DNA of 27,573 nt from Trichormus sp. ATA11-4-KO1 (GTDB lineage Bacteria; Cyanobacteriota; Cyanobacteriia; Cyanobacteriales; Nostocaceae): assembly GCA_019358915.1 (NCBI GenBank), contig JAHHIM010000048.1, positions 1 to 27,573 on the forward strand. The letters are read 5' to 3'. The position numbers and the translations under genes were made by a program. Position 1 is the first letter of the stretch. Every line of letters begins with the position of its first letter. The notes beneath the pieces are model-generated. The model saw nothing but the letters and a program-made list of their open reading frames with translations. It was not told the DNA's origin and searched no databases. Shown piece after piece: positions 7,257 through 14,852 of the stretch.

Positions 7257-8633
7257 ATGAATGACAAAACCCGTATCAAAATGTTTGGTGGTTTGGCGAT
7301 CGCCTCAAGTCTAGCAGGGTTATTCCTATGGCAACAGCAGCAATTAGAAATAGGTCAAATCAAATTCCTGACTAAATCTTCAGAACTGCTACTAGCCTCA
7401 CACCAAGAGTTTAATGCACTGATAGAAAGCTTAAAAGCAGGGAAACTACTTAAACAACAAATGTTTTGGGCAGATGCGAATACCAAAATTGAGCTTGTAA
7501 GTTTATTGGAACAAATAATTTTTGAAGTTAAGGAACGGAACCGCCTAGAGGGACATAACGATCATGTCAAAGGCGTAAGTTTCAGTCCTGATGGCAAGAC
7601 TTTAGCTTCTGCTAGTAATGATAAGACCATTAAACTCTGGGATACCAGCACAGGCGAACTACTCAAGACTCTCATTGGGCATACGGATGGGGTCTGGGGC
7701 GTAAGTTTCAGTGCCGATGGCAAGACTTTAGCTTCTGCTAGTATTGATAAGACCATCAAACTCTGGGATACCAGTACAGGCAAACTACTCAAGACTCTCA
7801 TTGGGCATACGGGTATGGTCTGGGGCGTAAGTTTCAGTGCCGATGGCAATACTTTAGCTTCTACTAGTGATGATAAGACCATCAAACTCTGGGATACCAG
7901 TACAGGCGAACTACTCAAGACTCTCATTGGGCATACGGATGGGGTCTGGGGCGTAAGTTTCAGTGCCGATGGCAAGACTTTAGCTTCTGCTAGTGGTGAT
8001 AATACCATTAAACTCTGGGATGTAGGCACAGGCAAACTATTCAATACCCTCATTGGGCATACGGATTATGTCTGGGGCGTAGGTTTCAGCCATGATGGTA
8101 AAACTTTAGCTTCTGCTAGTGGTGATAAGACCATCAAACTCTGGGATAGCAGTACAGGCAAACTACTCAGTACGCTCATTGGGCATACGGGTAGGGTCTG
8201 GGGCGTAAGTTTCAGTGCCGATGGCAAGACTTTAGCTTCTGCTAGTGGTGATAATACCATTAAACTCTGGGATGTAGGCACAGGCAAACTATTCAATACC
8301 CTCATTGGGCATACGGATTATGTCTGGGGCGTAGGTTTCAGCCATGATGGTAAAACTTTAGCTTCTGCTAGTGGTGATAAGACCATCAAACTCTGGGATA
8401 CCAGCACAGGTAAACTACTCAATACCCTCACTGGGCATACCAATTCGGTCACGAGTGTAAGTTTCAGTCCTGATGGTAAGACTTTAGCTTCTGGTGGTTA
8501 TGACAAAACAGTGAAACTGTGGAATCTGGATTTAGATAATTTACTGAGACGTGGTTGTGCTTGGGTTTCTGACTATCTGAACAATAACCCTAATGTTAAG
8601 GATGATGAGCGTCACCTTTGTGATGATATATAG
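7257..8633 (+). CDS. WD40-repeat protein (8 repeats) with N-terminal hydrophobic anchor
   Basis: GH...WD repeats of 42 aa with GH codons at 7551, 7677, 7803, 7929, 8055, 8181, 8307 and 8433. N-terminal FGGLAIASSLAGLFLW. C-terminal LDLDNLLRRGCAWVSDYL resembles tails of cyanobacterial NTPase-WD40 proteins. Confidence 0.93.
   Translation: MNDKTRIKMFGGLAIASSLAGLFLWQQQQLEIGQIKFLTKSSELLLASHQEFNALIESLKAGKLLKQQMFWADANTKIELVSLLEQIIFEVKERNRLEGHNDHVKGVSFSPDGKTLASASNDKTIKLWDTSTGELLKTLIGHTDGVWGVSFSADGKTLASASIDKTIKLWDTSTGKLLKTLIGHTGMVWGVSFSADGNTLASTSDDKTIKLWDTSTGELLKTLIGHTDGVWGVSFSADGKTLASASGDNTIKLWDVGTGKLFNTLIGHTDYVWGVGFSHDGKTLASASGDKTIKLWDSSTGKLLSTLIGHTGRVWGVSFSADGKTLASASGDNTIKLWDVGTGKLFNTLIGHTDYVWGVGFSHDGKTLASASGDKTIKLWDTSTGKLLNTLTGHTNSVTSVSFSPDGKTLASGGYDKTVKLWNLDLDNLLRRGCAWVSDYLNNNPNVKDDERHLCDDI
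7551..8525 (+). repeat. 126-bp coding tandem repeat, 8 units of high nucleotide identity
   Basis: Exact 126-bp period; 7942-8148 appears identical to 8194-8400 (252-bp offset). Confidence 0.92.
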
Positions 8634-8717
8634 CGGTTCTCGGTCGAATGCAATACAGTTAATGGTGACTCATCAACGTTTTGTGATTTTAAACTGTATC
8701 TCTTAGAAAAGAAAAGC

Positions 8718-9020
8718 TCAAAGCTTGATTAGATAAAAGTTCCAGTGTTTCGCTACGATTATTGTTTTCCGGAAGTGACAGAACAGGGTTATTAGAGGAA
8801 AAGCTAACTGTTGCTCTGGTGTCCAGTGCTGCCGGGGCTGCACAATCAACTTACCGTTATAATAGATGGCCCCTTGTGGTTGCCAAAGTTCTTCTGCTTG
8901 GGCGTTGGGGTCTTCTCTGAAGTCTAGGCAGCTGTTGCTGTTTGGCCCTGTTGGGTGAACAGCACAGACGAGGTGGGGATTGTGGGCATATAGGAGACAG
9001 CGATTGCATTCTGTAGGCAT
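8718..9020 (-). CDS. Small Cys/His-rich hypothetical protein (DUF6464-like), possibly 3'-truncated
   Basis: CNRCLLYAHNPHLVCAVHPTGPNSNSCLDF is a putative metal-binding motif. The sequence after WTPEQQL looks non-native. Confidence 0.5.
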   Translation of the reverse strand: MPTECNRCLLYAHNPHLVCAVHPTGPNSNSCLDFREDPNAQAEELWQPQGAIYYNGKLIVQPRQHWTPEQQLAFPLITLFCHFRKTIIVAKHWNFYLIKL

Positions 9021-9092
9021 TGTATTTTAATTGATACCAATAATCTTTGTTACTACAATGAATTCTTCTGAATCTCTAACTAATTCACACTT

Positions 9093-9683
9093 TTAAACTT
9101 TCTGATTACCAGAATATACAGTGATTAAGTGATACCTAACTAAGTATTCAATTTGATAGATAAATGCTCCAGTAATTAACCATAAAATCCCAAATATTAC
9201 TATTATCTGCTGTTGAAATTGTGTATAAGTTTCAAGAGGTTTTGTAAGACTCAGATGAAATATAGGTAGAATGAAAATACAGAGAAAAGCAGCGACTAGT
9301 GTAGACAGGATAATTACAAGCCAGCCATACAATCCTTCCCACCAACTCATCAATTTTGGAACTAATCCTTTAACAATACCTATCTCTGGTGCTTGAATTT
9401 CAGTAAGAAAGCGTCCAAGCAGTAAATGTAAATAGTGATGGGTAAAAGAAATAATTACAATTGGAGAAAGTAGAGATATTATTGCAAAAATGGCTAGTAA
9501 CTCTGGACTACTAGTAATTTGAGCCATGTTATAGCCTAATTTAATTAAGTTTTCACTGACAAATATAATTACTCGTAAAAATAACATCAGAAGAAATGAT
9601 TTAAGCCAACAGCTAGGATAAGGCAGCCAAGAAGGCCAATGAAATTTTCGTTTCGTCATGTCTAAAATATTTCGCTTCGTCAT
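9093..9683 (-). CDS. Hypothetical integral membrane protein (~4 TM)
   Basis: Four long hydrophobic segments. The start region is duplicated (MTKRNILD-MTKRKF). Confidence 0.75.
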   Translation of the reverse strand: MTKRNILDMTKRKFHWPSWLPYPSCWLKSFLLMLFLRVIIFVSENLIKLGYNMAQITSSPELLAIFAIISLLSPIVIISFTHHYLHLLLGRFLTEIQAPEIGIVKGLVPKLMSWWEGLYGWLVIILSTLVAAFLCIFILPIFHLSLTKPLETYTQFQQQIIVIFGILWLITGAFIYQIEYLVRYHLITVYSGNQKV

Positions 9684-9739
9684 ATTTTTAGGGAAGATTT
9701 AAAAGAAAATGTTAAATTTTATATGTGGAATGCTCCAAT

Positions 9740-10075
9740 TTATTTTCTTGCTTCTAGTGCCTGCTGACTCAATTGCATCACTATCTTTTGGGGCAAAGGG
9801 TCTACTGGTGCATCGCTAGGCAGAGAATTGATAAAGGCTGCCACCTCTTCTTGAGTTTGATGTAGTCCATCAGCCCAAGCATTAACTATTTTTTGAGCTA
9901 CTTGACTAGCATCTTCTCGTTTGTTGTGGGCAGTAATGCACTGGATATCATGTCCAGTAAAAGTAATCCAAGTCTGCCAACGACTGGTTACTGGGTGTTG
10001 TACAATACCTGTAGTTAGTTCATCGTCTTCCATTACTATTTTTTTCTTTTTGATGTGACCGAATTTTTTAGACAT
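9740..10075 (-). CDS. Hypothetical protein
   Basis: ORF 9740-10090; ATG at 10075 (MSKKFG) is preferred over TTG. Co-oriented with its neighbours. Confidence 0.6.
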   Translation of the reverse strand: MSKKFGHIKKKKIVMEDDELTTGIVQHPVTSRWQTWITFTGHDIQCITAHNKREDASQVAQKIVNAWADGLHQTQEEVAAFINSLPSDAPVDPLPQKIVMQLSQQALEARK

Positions 10076-10142
10076 GACCGTTTTTGGCAAATGCTATTTG
10101 TATGGTTCCCAAAAACAGGGAGTGCAATCACAAAATATGGCG

Positions 10143-10910
10143 CTAAAAAAGATTTAAAAATTCTTCGACAACATCTAAAGGACGGTTGTAGCAATCACTA
10201 GCATCAAACCTAGCTGTACGAATTCCATCGCGTAATAAAACTCGATCTCTCCTATAATCTCTAGTTTTTTGTGATGCTTGCTGATGATGTATTCCATCAA
10301 CTTCTAGAATCATACATTTTTGTTTATGAAAAACTAAGAAATCGATTTCTACTCTTTCCTGTAATTTATTATCAATATTAGAAATAGGTAAATCAGTTAA
10401 ATTCATATAGGCACGACTATTAGCAAAGAATAAAACACATTTACTATGTAAGGCGTGTGCTATTCTCACTTCTGCTTTCGACCGAAAATTTAACCCGCCC
10501 CATTGGTATTGTGAATTACTATCATCTGGCGAATTTTTGCTTTTAACTAACCCAATTTCAATTTTTATGTGGGCTAATATGTCTTGTTTGTAGTCCTCAT
10601 TGAAAAATAACTTCCACCAATGTTGTGTTCCGTGTCCATCACGTTGGTCAGAGTATGCCAAATTTAAATTAGGAGATAGTTCTTTGTAAAATCCTGGCTT
10701 GGTTCTGACAGATAACCACTCGCTTACACTTGTTCGATTAACATTTGCTTTTGAATAAACTTTTAAAATATAGCTGATTAAAGGAGAAGTCCGTAATTCT
10801 ATAAAATACTTTAAATTAGAACTTTTTGTAACTATTGCTGTTTCATCAAGAATATGCTCATCTCCTGATGGTTTAAATTTTGCTTTCGGCTCTTGTGTTG
10901 TGATATTCAT
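10143..10910 (-). CDS. DUF559/Vsr-like endonuclease-domain protein
   Basis: C-terminal FRSKAEVRIAHAL...EIDFLV...ILEVDGIHH...RDYRRDRVL...GIRTARF pattern. Confidence 0.8.
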   Translation of the reverse strand: MNITTQEPKAKFKPSGDEHILDETAIVTKSSNLKYFIELRTSPLISYILKVYSKANVNRTSVSEWLSVRTKPGFYKELSPNLNLAYSDQRDGHGTQHWWKLFFNEDYKQDILAHIKIEIGLVKSKNSPDDSNSQYQWGGLNFRSKAEVRIAHALHSKCVLFFANSRAYMNLTDLPISNIDNKLQERVEIDFLVFHKQKCMILEVDGIHHQQASQKTRDYRRDRVLLRDGIRTARFDASDCYNRPLDVVEEFLNLF

Positions 10911-10929
10911 TTTTTGCTATTCTCAAAAA

Positions 10930-11078
10930 GAACTCAGGAGTCAGAATTCAGGAGTCAGAATAATTAATTTGTTTAAAACCTCGTCCCTTGTGGATGAGAT
11001 AAGGGTTGAAACTTTTCTTAAAACACCATCTCTTTATGGGTGGTGTATTCTGACTCCTGACTCCTGTATTCTGAGTTC
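10930..11078. repeat. MITE-like element bounded by inverted (AGTCAGG/AGTCAGAATTC) heptamer arrays
   Basis: Left arm GAACTCAGGAGTCAGAATTCAGGAGTCAGAATA, right arm TATTCTGACTCCTGACTCCTGTATTCTGAGTTC, with ~80 bp of unique interior. Confidence 0.8.
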
Positions 11079-11777
11079 GTTTATTATTTCCAAACATTCT
11101 TTTTGTAAACTTATTAACCCCAATAATTTTGATTCTAAATTTTTAAATAAATCACTAGGCTGATTAGTTTCTGTTTCCCAAATAATCATTTTTTCTTCGG
11201 CATTGATTTTTTTATAAATATCATTAATCAAATTACTTTTGGATTTATTATATTTTTTAATTTCTTTTTTTTGTTCTAATATTAATGGATATGAAAGTAT
11301 ACTTTTTACGATGTTTAAGGTAGTTTCAGGATTATAATTATTTATAAACGAATTAAAAACATACTTATTAAAACCAAGAGATGAATTTCTTTCTTGTCGA
11401 TAAATATCGTTATATATACTAACTTTGGCAGCCTCTAGTAAAGCTGTTTTTACATTATTATTATCATTAAGTAAATTATGACAAATTGCTAATCCCAGGT
11501 AAGCATAAAAAAGTCGCTCCCCTTTTTCAAGGCAAGTAGCTTTAGTAAAGCCAGTTCTTGCATCATGAACAAGCACAGACTTTTGTTTATTTGAAGAACT
11601 AGAATTATACGCCTGAAGAAGTGTTTTCCAAGCAGCATTAAAATCTACCTCTATCAATTGGTCAATTTTACTTTCAATAGATTCTATTAGTTTGAAAGCT
11701 TGAGCTAATCTTATGGAAATATCAAAAATTCCTTTAGAAGCTCCGAAAAATACTGTTAAAGAAATAGGTTCACTCAT
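11034..11777 (-). CDS. Hypothetical helical protein (AT-rich); last ~14 codons come from the repeat element
   Basis: 247-aa ORF with a TPR-like YAYLGLAICHNLLND segment. The C-terminal LRIQESGVRIHHP is encoded by the heptamer arm. Confidence 0.65.
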   Translation of the reverse strand: MSEPISLTVFFGASKGIFDISIRLAQAFKLIESIESKIDQLIEVDFNAAWKTLLQAYNSSSSNKQKSVLVHDARTGFTKATCLEKGERLFYAYLGLAICHNLLNDNNNVKTALLEAAKVSIYNDIYRQERNSSLGFNKYVFNSFINNYNPETTLNIVKSILSYPLILEQKKEIKKYNKSKSNLINDIYKKINAEEKMIIWETETNQPSDLFKNLESKLLGLISLQKECLEIINELRIQESGVRIHHP

Positions 11778-11844
11778 ACAAATAACTATCCAGTTTGTTC
11801 AAGTGTTTACTTAATTAGCTGGGGTGCGATCTGCTTTGCAGCTT

Positions 11845-11990
11845 CGCCATCCTCTCAATTTACGTACACGTTGCCATTCTTGTTGTGTAATCTTGTATAA
11901 TTTTTAGCGTTTTGGCTGACGAATTACAATCAGATTTTTCAACACAGGGTCTTGTTTTAAGTTTTCCCGGAACAGATCGATAATTCAACT
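11845..11990 (-). pseudogene. Frameshifted 3' remnant of a probable EVE-domain gene
   Basis: Manual translation across two frameshifts gives FRENLKQDPVLKNLIVIRQP-NAKN-YKITQQEWQRVRKL, resembling the EVE/PUA-like C-terminus. No 5' part is present; the remnant abuts HIP1 at 12002. Confidence 0.5.
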
Positions 11991-12014
11991 TTAGACAAAC
12001 TGCGATCGCACATA

Positions 12015-14789
12015 TTACATCTGATAAACCTTCAGCACTTCATCGCCATAGTGGTTAATTACCTTAACCGCAATCTTGCCAGGCTTACCGTCTTTGGTTT
12101 GCGGTGGGTCAAAGGGACGGCTGGTGGTAGAGTAGAGGTCTGACCAAGCATCTTCATCAATTTCAGTTTTCAAAGTTTTCTTAAGTTTTTCATAGGGTTT
12201 ATCTGCTCCGGTGAAGTAGGCATGACGGACAAAAAAACTTTCACCGTTGTAGTTGGTGTCAAGAAACCAGCAAGCGATGTCATTAGTTGAACTACTGCGG
12301 ATTTCTCCAGTGGTTGGGTCATAAATATCTAGACCTTGAAGTTCTACAGTAATTTTTCCGTCTTGGGATTTGACTTCAATATCTGGTTCACCAAAGACCA
12401 TAAACAGATTACCTGAGCCGGTTTTTTTCAGCAGTTCCTCACCTAGCAGCAGGTCAGAATTCATTCGGGTTACTAATACCTGTAACTTACCGTAGCGCTT
12501 GGATTCTTCTGCAACGCCAGGATCAAAAGTAAAACCACAAACAATCAGCAAGTCATACCCTAAACCTTGTACAGCTTCCTTAGCCGCTTCCTTAATTTGA
12601 TCCCTTGCCACAGTGCCATATTCGGGGCCAATAGAAACTGCAACTCGTTTTACATTGCCGTCTTTGTCGGTGTACTCTCCCTCGGCTTGTATCCAAGTGC
12701 CAGGATGAGGCTCAAGAGAATCAAATTTGAGGCGTTCATCTTTTTTAGTGTTTTGGACTCCTGCTTTCCTCAAGTTCTCAATAATTCTGATTTCAAATTG
12801 GTCAGAGGCGTGTTGAGTACCTTCAGCTTCTGAGGCTGGAAGTTCATCATCGGCGGCAAGGACACGGTGAGGGGAAAGGCTTTCAACGGTAAAGGGGCCA
12901 GTTACCCGCAAGCGTTTCTTATCTTCATAGGGTTGGTCATAGAGTGTTTCATAATCTGCATTACGGGCAATAGAAGCGTCAATTTCCTGCTGTCGTTGCT
13001 GTCTGAGCTTCCACCACTTTTGCAATAAGTCTTTGGCTTCCTGTGACCATTTATCTTGAGATGAAGCGCTACCGCGCATGGCTTCGCTAACACGGGGAAT
13101 TTCCCATTCTTCCCACTTTTTCTTGAGCAGTTGGTTTAACTGGGTGCGAATGGGTTCTAGTTTTTGTTGCCACTTGTCGTGGATAGTGTCAATTTCTGGG
13201 TTGTTAGCAATCGCTTTTAGAGTAATGTGAGGGACACACTTGTAAACAAAGCCTTTTTTGATGTTGCTTTCAGTTTTGGGATTAGTTGGTGGTAGTTTTC
13301 CGGTAATTTCTGCTTCTTTCTGAATGCCTTCTGGTGAGTCAGCTAGTAGGTAGTAGGGATATTGGGTTGACATGAGGCGAGTTCTGGCTAGTGCTAAAGC
13401 AACGCGACTAGTGTCGATAGTAATCCAGCGTCTACCCCATTGTTCGGCAATATAGGCTGTAGTACCGCTTCCACAGGTAGGATCTAAAATTAAATCGCCA
13501 GGATCTGTGGTCATTAAAATACAACGCTCAATTACTTTAGTAGATGTCTGGACAACATAATTTTTAGAAAGTAATTCCATTGTGTCATCCCAAACATGCG
13601 TCACTTCGCTACAGGGAAAATCACTGTGGCGAGCTATCGATTTTAGAGTGTTCTTACTAGCATATATGCGGTTATTAGCCGCCAAGCGATTCATTCCGTC
13701 AGAAGTTGTCTTCCAACATCTATTAGTCCCACAGTAATAGTTTTTTCCCTCAAAAGTATATGTGTAATTTGTATTTTCTGAGTAAGCTGACACCAATGGT
13801 CTAAGAGCAATAGGTGTAGCACCTGTAGGTATATCCTCTAAATCTTCAAAGTTACATAATTGCCCATCTGCCAGTTGTATTTTATCAAAATATGTGTCAT
13901 TTCCTGTATTCTTTTCTACAAATAAACGACGAAACTTTGCTTTAGTTGAATCCTTGGAATACCAGATGAGATAATCGCTAGTTGTTTTTATATAACGTGC
14001 TACAAAGCCGCTTCCTGTTCTAAAAGTGATCTGCCCTAAAAAGTTATCACTCCCAAATACTTCATCCATCAGACATCTAACTAAATGCACATTTTCATCA
14101 CCAATCTGCACAAAAATGCTACCTGTCTCAGTCAATAACTCCCTCGCTACTACCAAACGATCGCGCAGATAAGCCAGATAAGAATGTATCCCCAACTCCC
14201 AAGTATCCCGAAACGCCTTTACCTGTTCCGGCTGTCTTGTTACTTCCTCAGCTTTACCATCCTTAACATCTCGTTTCCTGGTTGATATCTGCCAATTTGA
14301 CCCAAACTTAATGCCATAGGGAGGATCTAGATAAATCATTTGGACTTTGCCCTTTAACCCCTCCTTCTCAGCCAAGGAACCCATTACTAGGAGAGAGTCA
14401 CCAAGAATCATGCGGTTAGTCCAACTCACCCCTTCCTTGTGTTGATAAAAATCAATTAGCTTCTCAAATGCCAATCCATTAAAGTCGCTAAATAAACTTA
14501 ACTGCTCAAATTGTTCTTTCTTAGCCTGAGTGCGAAAATTTTCAATAATAGCTTGGGGATGAATCTTCTCTTGAATATAAATTGGTACAGCAGGAACTTC
14601 TAAATCTTGGCTGTCTTGTTTATCTTTATCTTTCCAGACTAACTGAGGGTCTAAAGATGTATCACGTGAATAAAGTAAAGGCTTTGGTTCTTTCTCTTCA
14701 TCAGATAAAAAATCCCGTAGTTCTTCTGTAGGGATATTGGCTCTTTTATCTTTATGTTTAACAGTATCAATTTGAGATTTTTTAGGCAT
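12015..14789 (-). CDS. mod: Type III-like R-M modification subunit: beta-class N6-adenine/N4-cytosine DNA methyltransferase with long C-terminal extension
   Basis: Catalytic IYLDPPYG precedes SAM-binding ILDPTCGSGTT (beta order), with an AT-rich variable TRD between them. 924 aa; adjacent to res. Confidence 0.93.
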   Translation of the reverse strand: MPKKSQIDTVKHKDKRANIPTEELRDFLSDEEKEPKPLLYSRDTSLDPQLVWKDKDKQDSQDLEVPAVPIYIQEKIHPQAIIENFRTQAKKEQFEQLSLFSDFNGLAFEKLIDFYQHKEGVSWTNRMILGDSLLVMGSLAEKEGLKGKVQMIYLDPPYGIKFGSNWQISTRKRDVKDGKAEEVTRQPEQVKAFRDTWELGIHSYLAYLRDRLVVARELLTETGSIFVQIGDENVHLVRCLMDEVFGSDNFLGQITFRTGSGFVARYIKTTSDYLIWYSKDSTKAKFRRLFVEKNTGNDTYFDKIQLADGQLCNFEDLEDIPTGATPIALRPLVSAYSENTNYTYTFEGKNYYCGTNRCWKTTSDGMNRLAANNRIYASKNTLKSIARHSDFPCSEVTHVWDDTMELLSKNYVVQTSTKVIERCILMTTDPGDLILDPTCGSGTTAYIAEQWGRRWITIDTSRVALALARTRLMSTQYPYYLLADSPEGIQKEAEITGKLPPTNPKTESNIKKGFVYKCVPHITLKAIANNPEIDTIHDKWQQKLEPIRTQLNQLLKKKWEEWEIPRVSEAMRGSASSQDKWSQEAKDLLQKWWKLRQQRQQEIDASIARNADYETLYDQPYEDKKRLRVTGPFTVESLSPHRVLAADDELPASEAEGTQHASDQFEIRIIENLRKAGVQNTKKDERLKFDSLEPHPGTWIQAEGEYTDKDGNVKRVAVSIGPEYGTVARDQIKEAAKEAVQGLGYDLLIVCGFTFDPGVAEESKRYGKLQVLVTRMNSDLLLGEELLKKTGSGNLFMVFGEPDIEVKSQDGKITVELQGLDIYDPTTGEIRSSSTNDIACWFLDTNYNGESFFVRHAYFTGADKPYEKLKKTLKTEIDEDAWSDLYSTTSRPFDPPQTKDGKPGKIAVKVINHYGDEVLKVYQM

Positions 14790-14852
14790 TTAATTACTCT
14801 ACTTGTTATTAATGAATCACAAAACTGACAAAGAAGTTATTAAAAATCAGCA

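Noticed and set aside
7562..8305. Antisense ORFs 7562-8053 and 8066-8305
   Set aside because: Shadows of the WD40 repeat on the opposite strand.
7551..8525. Regularly spaced repeats as a possible CRISPR array or DGR template/variable pair
   Set aside because: The units are 126-bp in-frame WD40 coding repeats with no unique spacers. There is no cas gene or reverse transcriptase in the window, and differences are not adenine-specific.
8628..8700. TATAGCGGTTCTC...ATACAGTT/AACTGTAT as a dispersed palindromic repeat or terminator
   Set aside because: Only one arm is recognisable and the dyad is short; insufficient support.
10900..11163. 87-aa plus-strand ORF
   Set aside because: Largely a translation of the heptamer MITE (ELRSQNSGVR, ILTPDSCILSS), antisense to real genes.
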